64,000 bases of DNA from Nematocida ausubeli (lineage: Eukaryota), in assembly GCF_000738915.1 (NCBI RefSeq), contig NW_026515635.1, positions 558,001-622,000 on the forward strand, read 5' to 3'. Made by a program: the position numbers and the translations under genes. This document shows, piece by piece, positions 1-11,161 of this stretch. A model generated the notes under the pieces. That model did not search any database and was not told the DNA's origin. It saw only the letters and a list, made by a program, of their open reading frames with translations. How positions within the stretch are numbered: position 1 is the stretch's first letter; the number at the start of each line of letters is the position of its first letter.

Positions 1-993
1 TTCTTTTCACAGTTCTATTTCGTGATAAATCTAAGCAGTTTTATTGTTCTGTTCATAACACCTGCTACTGTCAGTAGGCTGCTGTGTACTCTAATGGGCA
101 GTAACTCTTTTAGCAGAGGCAGTTTGCACCAGGCTGATATTTCTGAATATTTTCTTGTTTTCGCATTCTCTTCTGTCTCAATTTTCATTTCAATTATTCT
201 ATTCTCTGCACTTATGGCGCAGTGCATTCTGCGGTATATCTTTGTGCCTAAATTCAGTGTCTTGCAAGAAGAAAAATCACAATCAGATTCACACCCGTAC
301 AGCATAGTGCAAAGTCTGCCTATAATCATTGGATGGGCTATTTATGACCAAATGAGTTCTACATGGATAGACCAAGGAAAGAGAATGCTTAGTACTGTGC
401 ATATTCTCTCTTATTCTGCCCATATTCTTCCCTCCCAAATGATACTCATTAACTCCTTTCTTCTGATGGTATTCCTTCCCTTCTATAATCCTGCCATGAC
501 ATGGTTATTTTCTATTGTACCACTTAGAGACACACCCAGACACAGAATGTCATATGGACTGTTTCTTATAGGGATATCTTACATAGTGTACTATATGATT
601 GAGCTGTACTTACTGCATAAAGGACCTATCTCCATTCTCTTTCAAGTCCCACAGATACTCATTATAACACTAGGCGAGGCACTGATTAGTGTATCAGGAA
701 TGACTCTGGCGTACAATGATGGGACCTCTGATAGTAAGAGTATGGCGATGGGGTACTGGTATTTTAATATTGCACTTGGGAACTTACTGGTTATATGCAT
801 CTCTGCCTTGTATAAGTCAATGGGCCTGCAGATAGCACACCAAGGCATACTGTATATCTGCTTGATATTCATAGCCATGGTGCGCTCCCTGCAGGAAACT
901 GCAAATAATATTCCAGCCAGATGTGATGCCGTATTGCTGCCCATATGCACAAGCAGACTACAGCCAGAACATGTCCAAAGCATAGTTATGTAG
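1..993 (+). CDS. PTR2: POT/PTR family proton-dependent oligopeptide transporter (5'-partial; frame is open from base 1)
   Basis: Frame 1 reads FFSQFYFVINLSS (PTR FYxxINxG-like). Further motifs: YDQMSSTWIDQG, PSQMILINS, QVPQILIITLGEAL, SKSMAMGYWYFNIALGNLL. Multiple TM helices. Confidence 0.85.
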   Translation, partial: FFSQFYFVINLSSFIVLFITPATVSRLLCTLMGSNSFSRGSLHQADISEYFLVFAFSSVSIFISIILFSALMAQCILRYIFVPKFSVLQEEKSQSDSHPYSIVQSLPIIIGWAIYDQMSSTWIDQGKRMLSTVHILSYSAHILPSQMILINSFLLMVFLPFYNPAMTWLFSIVPLRDTPRHRMSYGLFLIGISYIVYYMIELYLLHKGPISILFQVPQILIITLGEALISVSGMTLAYNDGTSDSKSMAMGYWYFNIALGNLLVICISALYKSMGLQIAHQGILYICLIFIAMVRSLQETANNIPARCDAVLLPICTSRLQPEHVQSIVM

Positions 994-1519
994 TCCACTT
1001 ACAGCATGATATTTATAACTGAAGGGTGCAAATATTATTAGTCAGCTGAAATAACATGTACTTTGCCCTATTTTCATTGAATATTGCAGTATATTACTAC
1101 TAGCTTATAGTAGATGCATTAGATTTCACTAGACACTAACTACAACAGAAATTCCCTTTCTCAAAAAGAAATTCGAATACGTTTTATGCAGACTGAAAAT
1201 ATGCAGTATACTATGAAGATTACCAGATGCATGGAATGCTCTAAATTAAGAAGATTATATACACCGTAAGCCAAATATAATAGACAGACAGATAGACATA
1301 GTATATTTATACGCTGTATCTTATTGCAGTAATACAAAGTGCACTTGATACGCTGCATATGCACAGTGATTCTTCGGGTTATATCGAATAAATAATTATT
1401 TACTTTATGGAACGAAACAAAATAGAAGGATTCCTTGAAGGGAATAGACTAAGAAATGAATTACGTGCAATGAAGTGGAGTAAACACTGTATATGTGTAC
1501 GTTAAGCTTCTATTACATT

Positions 1520-1549
1520 TTTATTTATTTAAATTTTTTTACCCCCTTC
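1520..1549 (+). promoter_or_regulatory. Microsporidian-type AT-rich plus CCC-like motif upstream of the start codon
   Basis: TTTAAATTTTTTTACCCCCTTC-ATG. The same arrangement precedes RPL19 (TTTAAATAATTTTTATCCCCAGCTAAT-ATG, ~5778-5804) and the gene at 20307 (-) (GCCC-ATG). Confidence 0.6.
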
Positions 1550-2014
1550 ATGACTTTAAGATTTACAGAGAGCGCACAGATGCAGGACATCATTCGTATG
1601 TACAATACGAACATAAATGGTAGATCCACTATCATCAGATCATTAACTGGAATCAGAGGAATTGGTCTAAGAGTGTCCACTTTATTGTGCAAGAAGGCAG
1701 GCATTGACACCACCTTAAGAGCAGGACAAGTTGAGCAGGAGAAGTTAGACACAATCTCCAAGATTCTTGAGAACCCACAGTCCTTTGGAGTGCCAGAATG
1801 GATGCTTAACAGACAGAAGGACCCCCTTACTGGAGAGTACAAGCAGTTAATAGCCAACCAGGTTGAGGCTGACTACAGGCTGTACCTTGAGAGAGCAAAG
1901 AGAGTAAAGCACATAAGAGGACTTAGACTTCTGAAGGGCCTGAAGGTCAACGGACAGAGAACCAAGTCTAACGGTAGAAGAGGAAAGACTGTCGGAGTAT
2001 CAAAGAAGAAATAA
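1550..2014 (+). CDS. RPS18: 40S ribosomal protein S18 (uS13)
   Basis: LTGIRGIG, PEWMLNRQKD, RGLR..KGLKVNGQRTKSNGRRGKTVGV. ATG at 1550 follows an AT tract plus CCCCC; the ORF-track start at 1493 is likely over-extended. Confidence 0.97.
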   Translation: MTLRFTESAQMQDIIRMYNTNINGRSTIIRSLTGIRGIGLRVSTLLCKKAGIDTTLRAGQVEQEKLDTISKILENPQSFGVPEWMLNRQKDPLTGEYKQLIANQVEADYRLYLERAKRVKHIRGLRLLKGLKVNGQRTKSNGRRGKTVGVSKKK

Positions 2015-2045
2015 ATTATTCGTGCATGAATCTTACAGTTGTTTA

Positions 2046-2984
2046 TTATGAGTTGGGAAGGGAGTCTAGAATGTGCTTTGGCACAATGCCCTCTGGGACT
2101 AATTCATATCTATATGGAAGCAGCTCTTTGTACGTGTTTTTTATCGTCACATCTGTTACATTTGTGACTATCTGAATGTTCTTCTGTATTTTCTTCTGCA
2201 TGGGGAATAAGTATGTGATCAAATATATAATGGCAGCTGCAATGGAGTCAGGGGACTTTCCGGCTATGCATCCTATGGCCTGTGCCCTTTGGCTAATTGT
2301 CAAGGCAACCTTCTGTATATCTATGCTTAGTGTTAGATCTGAGCAGAATCTTGCCACAATGTCCTCTGTTGAAACAACAGCAAGCTTATCAATATGTGGG
2401 AATATGGCTTTGTAGCACCTTCCTATCTCTTTTTTAGGAACTGCTGTTAGTATACTCACTTCTTTAAACGTACGGACAAAACCAGCCTGTCTGCATGCAA
2501 TGTATATGCAGGCAGCCCCAATTCCCTCCAAGTTCTTTCCCTTTAGAACCTTCTTATTTTCCACTGTCTTAAATACGTATTTTGCTGCATCTGATATTGT
2601 CTTTGAGAGATTTTTCCTCTCACAAAATGCGGTTATTAGATTAAGCCCATTAATAAGTGCACGCTCTGGGCCACGCAAGCTGCTTTTCATTTGGGTCTTA
2701 GCAAGACTGTACGATGCAAGCCCAGAACCAGAAGAAATTAATGTGTCTAGCTGCTCTGTGTCCAGGAAGGGATTGTTTGGTCCTCCTACTCGGCTTGGGT
2801 TCTCCCCAGAGTCACTAAATGTTCTCCATTCTCCTCGTTCATCTATTATTCTACTCCCTACAACACACCCACATGAACCACATACATTATATCCATTCTT
2901 GTAATCTTCTATAATATTCTCCTCTTCCTTGCAGTCTGGGCACTTTTCCCGTTCTATTTTCTTCATTTGCATTCTATTCTGCAT
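2046..2984 (-). CDS. SUA7: Transcription initiation factor TFIIB
   Basis: Zn ribbon CPDC...CGSCG, B-reader EWRTFS..NPSRVG, two cyclin folds (ACIYIACRQ, GKSPDSIAAAIIY). Confidence 0.97.
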   Translation of the reverse strand: MQNRMQMKKIEREKCPDCKEEENIIEDYKNGYNVCGSCGCVVGSRIIDERGEWRTFSDSGENPSRVGGPNNPFLDTEQLDTLISSGSGLASYSLAKTQMKSSLRGPERALINGLNLITAFCERKNLSKTISDAAKYVFKTVENKKVLKGKNLEGIGAACIYIACRQAGFVRTFKEVSILTAVPKKEIGRCYKAIFPHIDKLAVVSTEDIVARFCSDLTLSIDIQKVALTISQRAQAIGCIAGKSPDSIAAAIIYLITYLFPMQKKIQKNIQIVTNVTDVTIKNTYKELLPYRYELVPEGIVPKHILDSLPNS

Positions 2985-3446
2985 TTAAAATATTTTCTGT
3001 GTTGTTTGTAATTGTACTTATGTTTATGTCTGCTGCAGATATCTATTAGAATTAATTATTTGAAGATTATAAAGGACTGGTATATATTCATGTATAACGT
3101 AATTCATGTATATATTATAGTCTAATTCCTTCATATATTTAAAATGACTTTGTCTCTTGTTTATTTGCAACTGTCTATCTGGCACTTCTTAATTCTTGCA
3201 TATTCTGCCTCTATAGTGGTTTATTTTCCATCTGTTCTAGTGCTATTTTTAGATGCATTAATATCCTTGGAGAGACTCTTTGTTCTACTAGTTTAGGAGT
3301 CATTTTAGTATCTGACTTAGATATATGCATCATAGTGACTTCTTTATTTCTTGCACTCTTTAAGCATACTGTATATTATAAAGTTCTTCATTCAAATATA
3401 TTCTGGTGTTTTCTAATAAATATACTTACAGACTGAATGCACAGAT

Positions 3447-3465
3447 ATAACCCGATATAACCCGA
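3447..3465 (+). promoter_or_regulatory. Tandem copy of the recurrent intergenic motif ATAACCCGA (10-bp spacing)
   Basis: ATAACCCGATATAACCCGA; similar doublets at 3811-3829 and 55883-55901 (reverse); singlets elsewhere. Confidence 0.55.
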
Positions 3466-4472
3466 ATAGCATATTACTTGAATATCCTGAAGAATTCACT
3501 CCTTCCACAGAAGAACTGAGTATTTTCAGCATTAAATCTATTAAAGCACTTTGTAGTAAACAAGAAAAATATCTTGCTTGTAGTGCGTCTATTGCAAGAA
3601 TATTAGAATGAAATTAGACATAATATAATTCAAGATACAAGTGAATAATACATACTATTCCTGTGGCAGTATGTAATTGGAGGAAATAATTTGGGTTTCA
3701 GTTGTAGAAACATATAATCACTATTAACTAACACGCACCAAGGAGATGCACACTAGTGCTATGGATTATGCATGAAAACCAAAGAGAAAGCACCACAAGA
3801 AAAAGTGAAAATAACCCGATATAGCCCGAATAGTATGTATACCACTGCCACTTTCTAAGGATTTTTAATGAAAATTACTTTGGACCAGATTCACGGTCTT
3901 TTTTCTTTGGACCATGGCTGTGTGAAGGGGTCTTTCATTAATTCAGAAGAGAATGAAATATGACCAGAGTGACTATGCCTAAATAGAGCACTATTCTGGT
4001 GCAAGTGCAATATGCTAATCTAAGCCAAAATAGAAACTGGAAAGAGTATTTTTAGAATACTGCCCCAGCACTTATTACTTCTAAATAGTAAGACAGTACT
4101 TTTATATATTTGCAAGGTCTTCATGTTATTTCATATTACAGTGCTATTATTCTGCATACTAATTCATTTTAGTCCATGTCGTTAAGAAAATAAACAGTGA
4201 ATTCTTTTGCCTCTTTTATTTTTAGTCTTTCTAGTAGGGAATAGAGAAATAGTTTGCGTACTTGAGACCAATAGAATATTTAGATAGAAATATTCTACGA
4301 ATAATATAATTCCAGAAGAACTAACAGTTGAAACTCATAGATAAAATATTCCCACCCAGTAAAATGCTACAATGTATTGGGTAGATCAGTTTATTACATG
4401 ATCTGTTTCAATGTACTGAGATAGTGAAACAATTTATCCTGTATATATAGAGGGACTAACTGCAATTATATT

Positions 4473-5213
4473 ATGCGTATTTACATTCTAGGATTATTTC
4501 TACTCTTACTCCAGAATGCTGATGCATTGCCAAGTGAGACAAATATAGGATTCTATATTATTCCAAGAAATAATGTAAAACACGGCCTTCCATATGTAAT
4601 GAATATTTCTTCTAGTGGTGAATGGTTCTTTGCCGAGTTCGGTAACCGAGAGGATCAGATCTTTATTCTAAAGAAACCAAGCGCAAGAAAGCTATGCTTG
4701 AAGTACAAAGAAGACGTGTGCCTTGATACAAATGCAGATATTGATCGGAAAAAAGTCACTCTGTTCCGATGGAAGGTATGCCAGAAGTCACTTGAACATA
4801 ATAAGATAAATATCCTACGAACAGTTTACGAGAACATTTTCACAATTAATATTAAAAGGTGCAATATATACTGCCTATACAGCCATTCCAAAGAGGCAGC
4901 CCCAGGAGACGATCCTTCTCCAACAATAAAAATGTGTGATAACTCAAATATTAACACTCACTACTATATGGTTGAAGAGGAAGGTGGCTTAGATACGTAC
5001 TACAGGATGTCTGGACATAATTACGTTACGCAAGCCCCAGGTGCTGGCAGTATTATTTCTCCCAACTACAATAGACGCATATCTGGATCAATAGAAGAAG
5101 GTATAACCCGAAGATCTACTCCATTCTCTTTCTCTCCTAGTTATACCCGAATCACTTCTTCTGTAATGCCTAACATCATGAGCAGAACAAATGGATATAT
5201 GTATTCAATGTAA
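4473..5213 (+). CDS. Secreted protein, possible ricin B-lectin (beta-trefoil)-like
   Basis: Signal peptide MRIYILGLFLLLLQNADA; Cys pattern LC..VCLD..C..C..YCL..C; Ser/Thr-rich tail. Confidence 0.6.
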   Translation: MRIYILGLFLLLLQNADALPSETNIGFYIIPRNNVKHGLPYVMNISSSGEWFFAEFGNREDQIFILKKPSARKLCLKYKEDVCLDTNADIDRKKVTLFRWKVCQKSLEHNKINILRTVYENIFTINIKRCNIYCLYSHSKEAAPGDDPSPTIKMCDNSNINTHYYMVEEEGGLDTYYRMSGHNYVTQAPGAGSIISPNYNRRISGSIEEGITRRSTPFSFSPSYTRITSSVMPNIMSRTNGYMYSM

Positions 5214-5227
5214 ACATACAAATAAAT

Positions 5228-5710
5228 ATGAGAAAAGAAGGAGTTCTAGCAAAGGTATTTTTGAGTATTATTGGGATTTGGGTTGTGCTAACAGGGTATA
5301 AACTAGCGCGAAGAAAGTATCTGCAAAGCACTCAACTCAAAGCCCGCAGAACCGGAGAGTGGGATAGCTTCTATAACATGCCTAAAACCAAAGAAGAGAG
5401 AAAAACTGAGCTTGGACGAGGCACATGGGCCCTAATACACACAATTGCTGCAAAATATCCACCGTACCCAACCAGAGAGCACCAGGCCAATGTACTTAAG
5501 TTTATCGATCTGCTGACAAAGATCTTTCCCTGCGAGGACTGCAGAGGACACTTTAAGAACCTAGTTGAGACATTTCCTCCAAAGGTCTCTGGGCGCGCAG
5601 AGTTTGGGGGCTGGGCCTGCCAGGCACACAACATCGTGAATAAAAGACTCGGCAAACAGGAGTTTGACTGCACCCGGCTAGATGACCGGTGGGACTGTGG
5701 ATGCAAATAA
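5228..5710 (+). CDS. Erv1/ALR-family FAD sulfhydryl oxidase (Erv2-like architecture)
   Basis: ELGRGTWALIHTIAAKYP, CEDC active site, CQAHNIVNKRLGK..FDC, C-terminal WDCGC, N-terminal TM segment. Confidence 0.92.
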   Translation: MRKEGVLAKVFLSIIGIWVVLTGYKLARRKYLQSTQLKARRTGEWDSFYNMPKTKEERKTELGRGTWALIHTIAAKYPPYPTREHQANVLKFIDLLTKIFPCEDCRGHFKNLVETFPPKVSGRAEFGGWACQAHNIVNKRLGKQEFDCTRLDDRWDCGCK

Positions 5711-5804
5711 ACTTACTTTTCGCTCTAAGCCTTTTTATGCAACTGTGTGTTCGTTAAGTCGTTTTTGCAAAGTTATATTTAAATAATTTTTATCCCCAGC
5801 TAAT

Positions 5805-6323
5805 ATGGCAGAGAAGAAAGAGAAAGCAAAAAATCTTGGTCTAGTAAAAGTAAGAGCATTAGCCGCTGAAGTTATTGGCTGCGGAAGAAACAAGGTGTGG
5901 ATGGACCCCACTGAGTCAATAAAGCTCTCAGAGGGTAAGACCAAAGAGCAGGTTTCCCAGATGGTAGAGGATGGTTTAATTGTCAGAAGGCCAGACATCG
6001 GTCAGTCCAGAGGAAGAGTCAGACAGTTCAGATTAGAAAGATCCAAGGGAAGACACAGAGGTCTAGGAAGAAGAAGAGGTACAAAGAATGCCAGATTCCC
6101 ACAGAGAAAGATCTGGATGCTTAGAATAAGAGCACTTAGAAAGGATCTTAAGGAGTTAAGAGCAGAGGGAAGAATCGACAGGACAATGTACAGATCAATC
6201 TACCTAAAAGCAAAGGGAGGATACTTCAAGAACAGAAGAATGCTTAAGGAGTACATCGTCAACGAGGAGCTCAGAAAGAAGAAGGAAGAGATAGTTATGG
6301 CACAAATGAATATTTCTAAATAA
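5805..6323 (+). CDS. RPL19: 60S ribosomal protein L19 (eL19)
   Basis: CGRNKVWMDP, KGRHRGLGRRRGTKNARFP, YLKAKGGYFKNRR. Confidence 0.97.
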   Translation: MAEKKEKAKNLGLVKVRALAAEVIGCGRNKVWMDPTESIKLSEGKTKEQVSQMVEDGLIVRRPDIGQSRGRVRQFRLERSKGRHRGLGRRRGTKNARFPQRKIWMLRIRALRKDLKELRAEGRIDRTMYRSIYLKAKGGYFKNRRMLKEYIVNEELRKKKEEIVMAQMNISK

Positions 6324-6384
6324 ATTATGAGTCTTTCACCATGCTTAGCATATAACTGATTTTTTTTGCAGAATAAAATATTGA

Positions 6385-7125
6385 ATGAAAATAAGCGGAA
6401 CCAAAGCGCAGCACACACAAGAGGAAGCAGATGATGACTTTGGGGATTTTAATAAGATGCTAGGGCAGGAACTTGATGGAAGCCCCTCAGACAGCGAGAA
6501 TGAGGAAGAGAACGAGGAGTGCAGTGCGTCTGAGGAAAGCCGCCCAGACTGCAGCAGTGAAGGCGCTGACATAGAAGAAGAACTTTTGAAGCTGGATGAA
6601 ATGAACAAGCAGCAAGAGGAGAAACAAAGTGTGCCTGTTCAGGTTGAAGACATGACAAGCACGTACAGACTGCTTGCTACAATGCACAAGGAAGGCGCAG
6701 CTGGTGTGCTTGACCCAAGTGAGTACGAGTTTTTAAAGATATTTAGTGACCCGAATGCAGAGCAAATCCTGCAAGACCAGGCAAGTGATCTGATCAGGCA
6801 GGTGGAAGCCCTGTTTAAAACACCCGTGTACAAGAAACTTAATAAACAGAAACTTCTGCGGCAGAGGATAAACCACAGCATATCAGAAAAAACAAAGCAG
6901 TACTTGAACAAATATGATGACATGCCCTTCATAGTGAGCATAACCAAGGACTTCTGCTACAAAACAGGAACAAAGCTCTTTAGGAAGAAAACAGGCGGAA
7001 AGCACATCCCAAAAATAAACAGAAAGACGTATGATAAGATGGTCGGGTTCTGTGTGCCTGTAGGAGAGTATAAGTGGTCAGAAGAAAAGAACGAAGAGTT
7101 CATTAATTGTGTGCTTAGAAGGTAA
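6385..7125 (+). CDS. Reduced Bfr2/AATF-like SSU processome factor
   Basis: Acidic N-terminus. The C-terminus KINRKTYDKMVGFCVP...WSEEKNEEFINCVL resembles the TRAUB/AATF C-terminal motif (K..Y..hEKL.NFMaP...W.d....ElF.sl). Confidence 0.6.
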   Translation: MKISGTKAQHTQEEADDDFGDFNKMLGQELDGSPSDSENEEENEECSASEESRPDCSSEGADIEEELLKLDEMNKQQEEKQSVPVQVEDMTSTYRLLATMHKEGAAGVLDPSEYEFLKIFSDPNAEQILQDQASDLIRQVEALFKTPVYKKLNKQKLLRQRINHSISEKTKQYLNKYDDMPFIVSITKDFCYKTGTKLFRKKTGGKHIPKINRKTYDKMVGFCVPVGEYKWSEEKNEEFINCVLRR

Positions 7126-8162
7126 AGCAGAAATTACTTTTCGGGTTATATCGTATGCCATTCTTAGTACAAGATAAATTGGCTAGAGTGATTGGAACAG
7201 AAGATGCTTGTTCTGTATTTAGGCATGCTTAGCATGGCCTTTGTAGATAGAGTCTTTTGAACAAGTATAAACAAAAAAGTACTATAGGCCCAATGATCTG
7301 ACCAAGTTTGAACAGAGACTATTATGGCCTGGTATTAGAGTATATAGTGATGTGGGTTTAAGCACACTCCATACAATGGAGAATAGATGAAATTGATTTC
7401 TTTGCTCTTAATTTGAAGGCTGTGCTAAGTAGAGGCTTAAGAAAGACTTTTGCATAGGCAGCACAATTGAAGAGTACTAATAAACCAAATAGAAATTGCC
7501 TTATAGTGAACTACTTTCTGTGCCTATATAATTTGCAGCTATTTCCAGATTCTTCTTTTGTAAATCTGTTTTCTTTCTATGGAGTAGCAAACATAAACTC
7601 TGCAGATATAAAATAAGTTATGAAGAGTTTGAGATTTTCCTATCGAAATAAAATAGAATAAATATAGACAAAGGCATTCCAAATACATCTGTTCTTTTGA
7701 TTCCCCGAGAATAAACTAAGGTAAACCTAAAGTTCTCAAGGGAATTTTACTACAATTATACACTTTATAGCTAGTATTATAGTGCTATATTAACCTCTTA
7801 TAATAATATAAACCAAACAAAAAGAACATATCATGATACTTTACTAATCTAGTGCGATTAATTAAGTATTAAGATGGAAGATAATAAAGTAAACTCTTAA
7901 ATCTAAATGTATTGCCATACTGTCTTACTATTTATATTTCTGCATTGATTCTGCACTTAGGATGTTCAAATAGCATTGCATATTTAAAATATTTACGGAA
8001 ACCACTAGAGATGCAAGAAAGAGTATGAAGCTCACCATAAACAGAATAGAAAAGGAAAGCACAAAGTACAGTATTACAAAGCAATGCATTATTCTGCCAG
8101 ATTATGCATGGTTGATAGAGTAAAAATTTTACTATTGGTGCATATAAAGCAAAGTATAGAGC

Positions 8163-9665
8163 ATGGGAATAAAGCACTTATGGAAATTACTAAATGGACG
8201 AACAGTAGAGCTAAGGGAGCTTAATGGATTAAGCCTATGCGTTGATGCAAATTTAGCGCTATTTTCTTGCCTGGGAACTAGCAATATTGTGTTTATAACA
8301 GAGTATACGCTTAAAGTCATCTACAGACTAATATCACTTGGAATAGACCCGGTATTTGTGTTTGACGGAAGAAAGCCTTTGTTCAAAAAAAGGCCTAGAA
8401 AAGAAATATTGGGCACAGATGGAAATGGGAAAGATGTTTGCACGGAAATAGAGCAGATGCCTGAGGAGACAGCAGATATGTCTAGCACATATATTAATGA
8501 AAACTCTGAAGCAGCCGATACTTTAGAAAGAGAAGAAGACTTTAGGCAGAACATGAGTGACGGAGAGTTCTCAATGTACCAGGTTCAAAAGGTATTTGAT
8601 CGGTATAAATACATAAGATCACTTACAAAAATAAAAAGAATGCATGGAGACAGTGAGATACTTTTCAAGCTAAAATCGCACTCACTGCCTGCCGTGCAAG
8701 CTAGAGAAGACCCGGATACAGATGAGCCCTTTAAAGAGTTAAATGCATGCATGGAAAGAATGAAGGAGATACTTTACAGCCAGCAAGATGGAGCTGAAGA
8801 AAAAGTAGAAAGAAAAATGTCGTATAGTAGAGACATAGAGAGAGAAAAAAAAGAGAAAGGACAGGTGCACAGAATAGAGGTGTCTACAGAGGAAACTGAG
8901 TATCAAAGAGAAATGAAAATGTACGAACTACCAAAAGAGGACATCTTTCTGAATACACATGCAATTGATAAAGAGACTCTTCCTTTAGCATACAGAGTGA
9001 TTGTGGACATTCTTGACGCCTTCTCAATAAAATATGCAATAGCACCAAGCGAGTCAGATAATGTGTATAAGAGTATAGAAAGGGCTATAGACATGGATGG
9101 GGTAGTCACAGAAGACAGCGATATTCTGATATTCAGCAAAAAGCCTGTCTTCAGGCACGTCTTCAAAAGAAAGATTCTTCCAAAGGTATTTGCAGAAGAA
9201 GGCGTGCTTGAGTATACACAGACAGAGCTGCACATATTGGCATGGCTACTTGGAAATGACTATGTGCCAGGTATTCCAGGAATAGGACCATCCAGGGCTA
9301 GAATAATTATTGGAAAGTATAGAGAGGCAGTCAGCCCACAAAATGCAGAAGAGGACGCAATAAATATAGACCAGCTCTGTGAAATAGTCAGGTCAACAGT
9401 AAACAGAGACGTAACTCTGGAGATTCCAAATCTTCTGCAAGTTCAAAAGGTATATGCTGATAGAGAGTTTAAAGTGCACATTGCGAACTTGGCACCAAAG
9501 CCGCTTGACAAGCGAAAAATTGTAGAGTTTTTGGCAAAGAGAACCTCCTGGGAAAGCACAGAGAAAGAAGGATATTTTAAAATGATAAACGAATACCAGA
9601 AAAACAGAGAGAATAAACTAGAAGAGATGAAAGAAAGCAAGAATTTGCAAGAAACCGGTTGGTGA
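8163..9665 (+). CDS. RAD2: XPG/Rad2-family structure-specific endonuclease
   Basis: MGIKHLW, CVDA, PVFVFDG (XPG-N); spacer; APSESD, VVTEDSD, LLGNDYVPGIPGIGP (XPG-I/H3TH). Confidence 0.88.
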   Translation: MGIKHLWKLLNGRTVELRELNGLSLCVDANLALFSCLGTSNIVFITEYTLKVIYRLISLGIDPVFVFDGRKPLFKKRPRKEILGTDGNGKDVCTEIEQMPEETADMSSTYINENSEAADTLEREEDFRQNMSDGEFSMYQVQKVFDRYKYIRSLTKIKRMHGDSEILFKLKSHSLPAVQAREDPDTDEPFKELNACMERMKEILYSQQDGAEEKVERKMSYSRDIEREKKEKGQVHRIEVSTEETEYQREMKMYELPKEDIFLNTHAIDKETLPLAYRVIVDILDAFSIKYAIAPSESDNVYKSIERAIDMDGVVTEDSDILIFSKKPVFRHVFKRKILPKVFAEEGVLEYTQTELHILAWLLGNDYVPGIPGIGPSRARIIIGKYREAVSPQNAEEDAINIDQLCEIVRSTVNRDVTLEIPNLLQVQKVYADREFKVHIANLAPKPLDKRKIVEFLAKRTSWESTEKEGYFKMINEYQKNRENKLEEMKESKNLQETGW

Positions 9666-10115
9666 AGGTTACTCTGGATTAAATATGTATAATAGACTAG
9701 AAGAGTCTGTAAGATTCATTTTCTTGTATACGTGTATAGCTGTATTTCTATTATTTTTATAGGAATAGTATATAGAGCTTTTTTCTTAATTTAAAATTAA
9801 AACGTACTATTCACTAAAATTAAAATATAATCTGAAAGCTTTCTCTTCTGAATAGATTGCAAATTATGCAATAAAAGCACATGTGGGTTTAGAGACAAAT
9901 ATAAATATACAAAGCTGCAAGGCGTAAGAAAGCTTTATCAAAATGCAGAGATAAGACTTTGTAGATGTAAACGTCTATTTATTACTGATTTCAGAGCACT
10001 GTGTATAGTGTCTTCTGCAGCTATAATTTCTTGAACAGATGCTTTTAGCTTTACTCTGATAGATGCACTACTTCTTTAATTTCCTTCTGCATTTAGACTA
10101 TTCTAATAGCATAGT

Positions 10116-11039
10116 CTAGTTAGGTGTAGAGAAAGGTGTATTATGGACTGCTTCCCGAATGAATATTTTATACAGGAAGAAAAGTTGGTCTTTGTTCTCA
10201 ACCATCCATGTCCTTCTGCTTCGTAGGTACAAGAACAGCTCGACAAAAGAGGCCATTAGGCTTTCTTTGTCTTGAAGGACAGTTCCATTGAGAAGGGCTC
10301 TTTTAAGCATGCTGTAAAAAATGAAAGTGCCTGTTCTTCCCACGCCTGCTAGACAGTGGACTATAACTGGACTCTCTGAGATATGCACAAGCTTCCAGAT
10401 GCCAAGGAGAATGTCCAGAACTTTAATAATGTTTGTGGTTGGGGGCGTCTTATCCACCCAGCACATACACTTTATTCTAAATAGTTCCTCAGAAGGATCC
10501 TTCAGTGCTTCATGTCTTTCTATTATAAAGCTACTACTCTCCTCCTTAATTATTCTGTAGATGTCTTCGTACTCTGCAGAAATACTGCTAGTGTTTGCAC
10601 CTTTTTCGTGTGCATACTCCATGAATTCTTCTGGTGTAAAGACGCTCTTGCGCTTGTGAGAGAGAGACAGAAAGTCACTCTCCCATGGTGGATGGTCACC
10701 AATAAGTGAGATAACCAAGCCACACTTTGACTTCACCAGAAGATCACTAGCAGTAGAAATGGTTGCAGATGTAGGATACTCCATGGCAATAAAATCATTT
10801 CCATCTGGGTTTTCTATGAGTGAGGCATTCAGCTCGCCATCTATTGCATACGCATCCTTCAGCAAATTGTAGTTGTAAGAGTGTACGTCACTAAATCTGA
10901 ACGAGCGGTTTCGTTCGGATGTAAATGGCACTTTTGTTTTTATAGCAGTAGAAATGAATGCGAAATGATCCTTTGCCAGTAGCTCTAATAGCTTTGTTTT
11001 CCGTGTTCTCTGTGTCTTGCTAAGCAGCCACTTAGCCAT
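10116..11039 (-). CDS. Classical-type protein tyrosine phosphatase (divergent)
   Basis: PVIVHCLAGVGRTG P-loop, WVD (WPD loop), LNAS, FIAMEYP, RSRRTWMVENKDQ (Q-loop region). Confidence 0.88.
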   Translation of the reverse strand: MAKWLLSKTQRTRKTKLLELLAKDHFAFISTAIKTKVPFTSERNRSFRFSDVHSYNYNLLKDAYAIDGELNASLIENPDGNDFIAMEYPTSATISTASDLLVKSKCGLVISLIGDHPPWESDFLSLSHKRKSVFTPEEFMEYAHEKGANTSSISAEYEDIYRIIKEESSSFIIERHEALKDPSEELFRIKCMCWVDKTPPTTNIIKVLDILLGIWKLVHISESPVIVHCLAGVGRTGTFIFYSMLKRALLNGTVLQDKESLMASFVELFLYLRSRRTWMVENKDQLFFLYKIFIREAVHNTPFSTPN

Positions 11040-11161
11040 TCTTAAAAAAAGTATTTAGGAATAAATCACATACTATAAGCATAGCAGATCATTTGCAGAG
11101 TATACATAATAGAGATAGGCAGACTTGTTTAATATAAATAAACAGAAGTGTTTGTTGTTAC

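Noticed and set aside
880..993. Possible intron or frameshift at the transporter C-terminus
   Set aside because: The frame is open to a normal stop and there is no convincing donor/branch-point consensus.
6430..6450. DDDFGDF gamma-ear-type motif in the Bfr2-like protein
   Set aside because: Lies in the acidic N-terminus of a probable nucleolar protein; likely coincidental.
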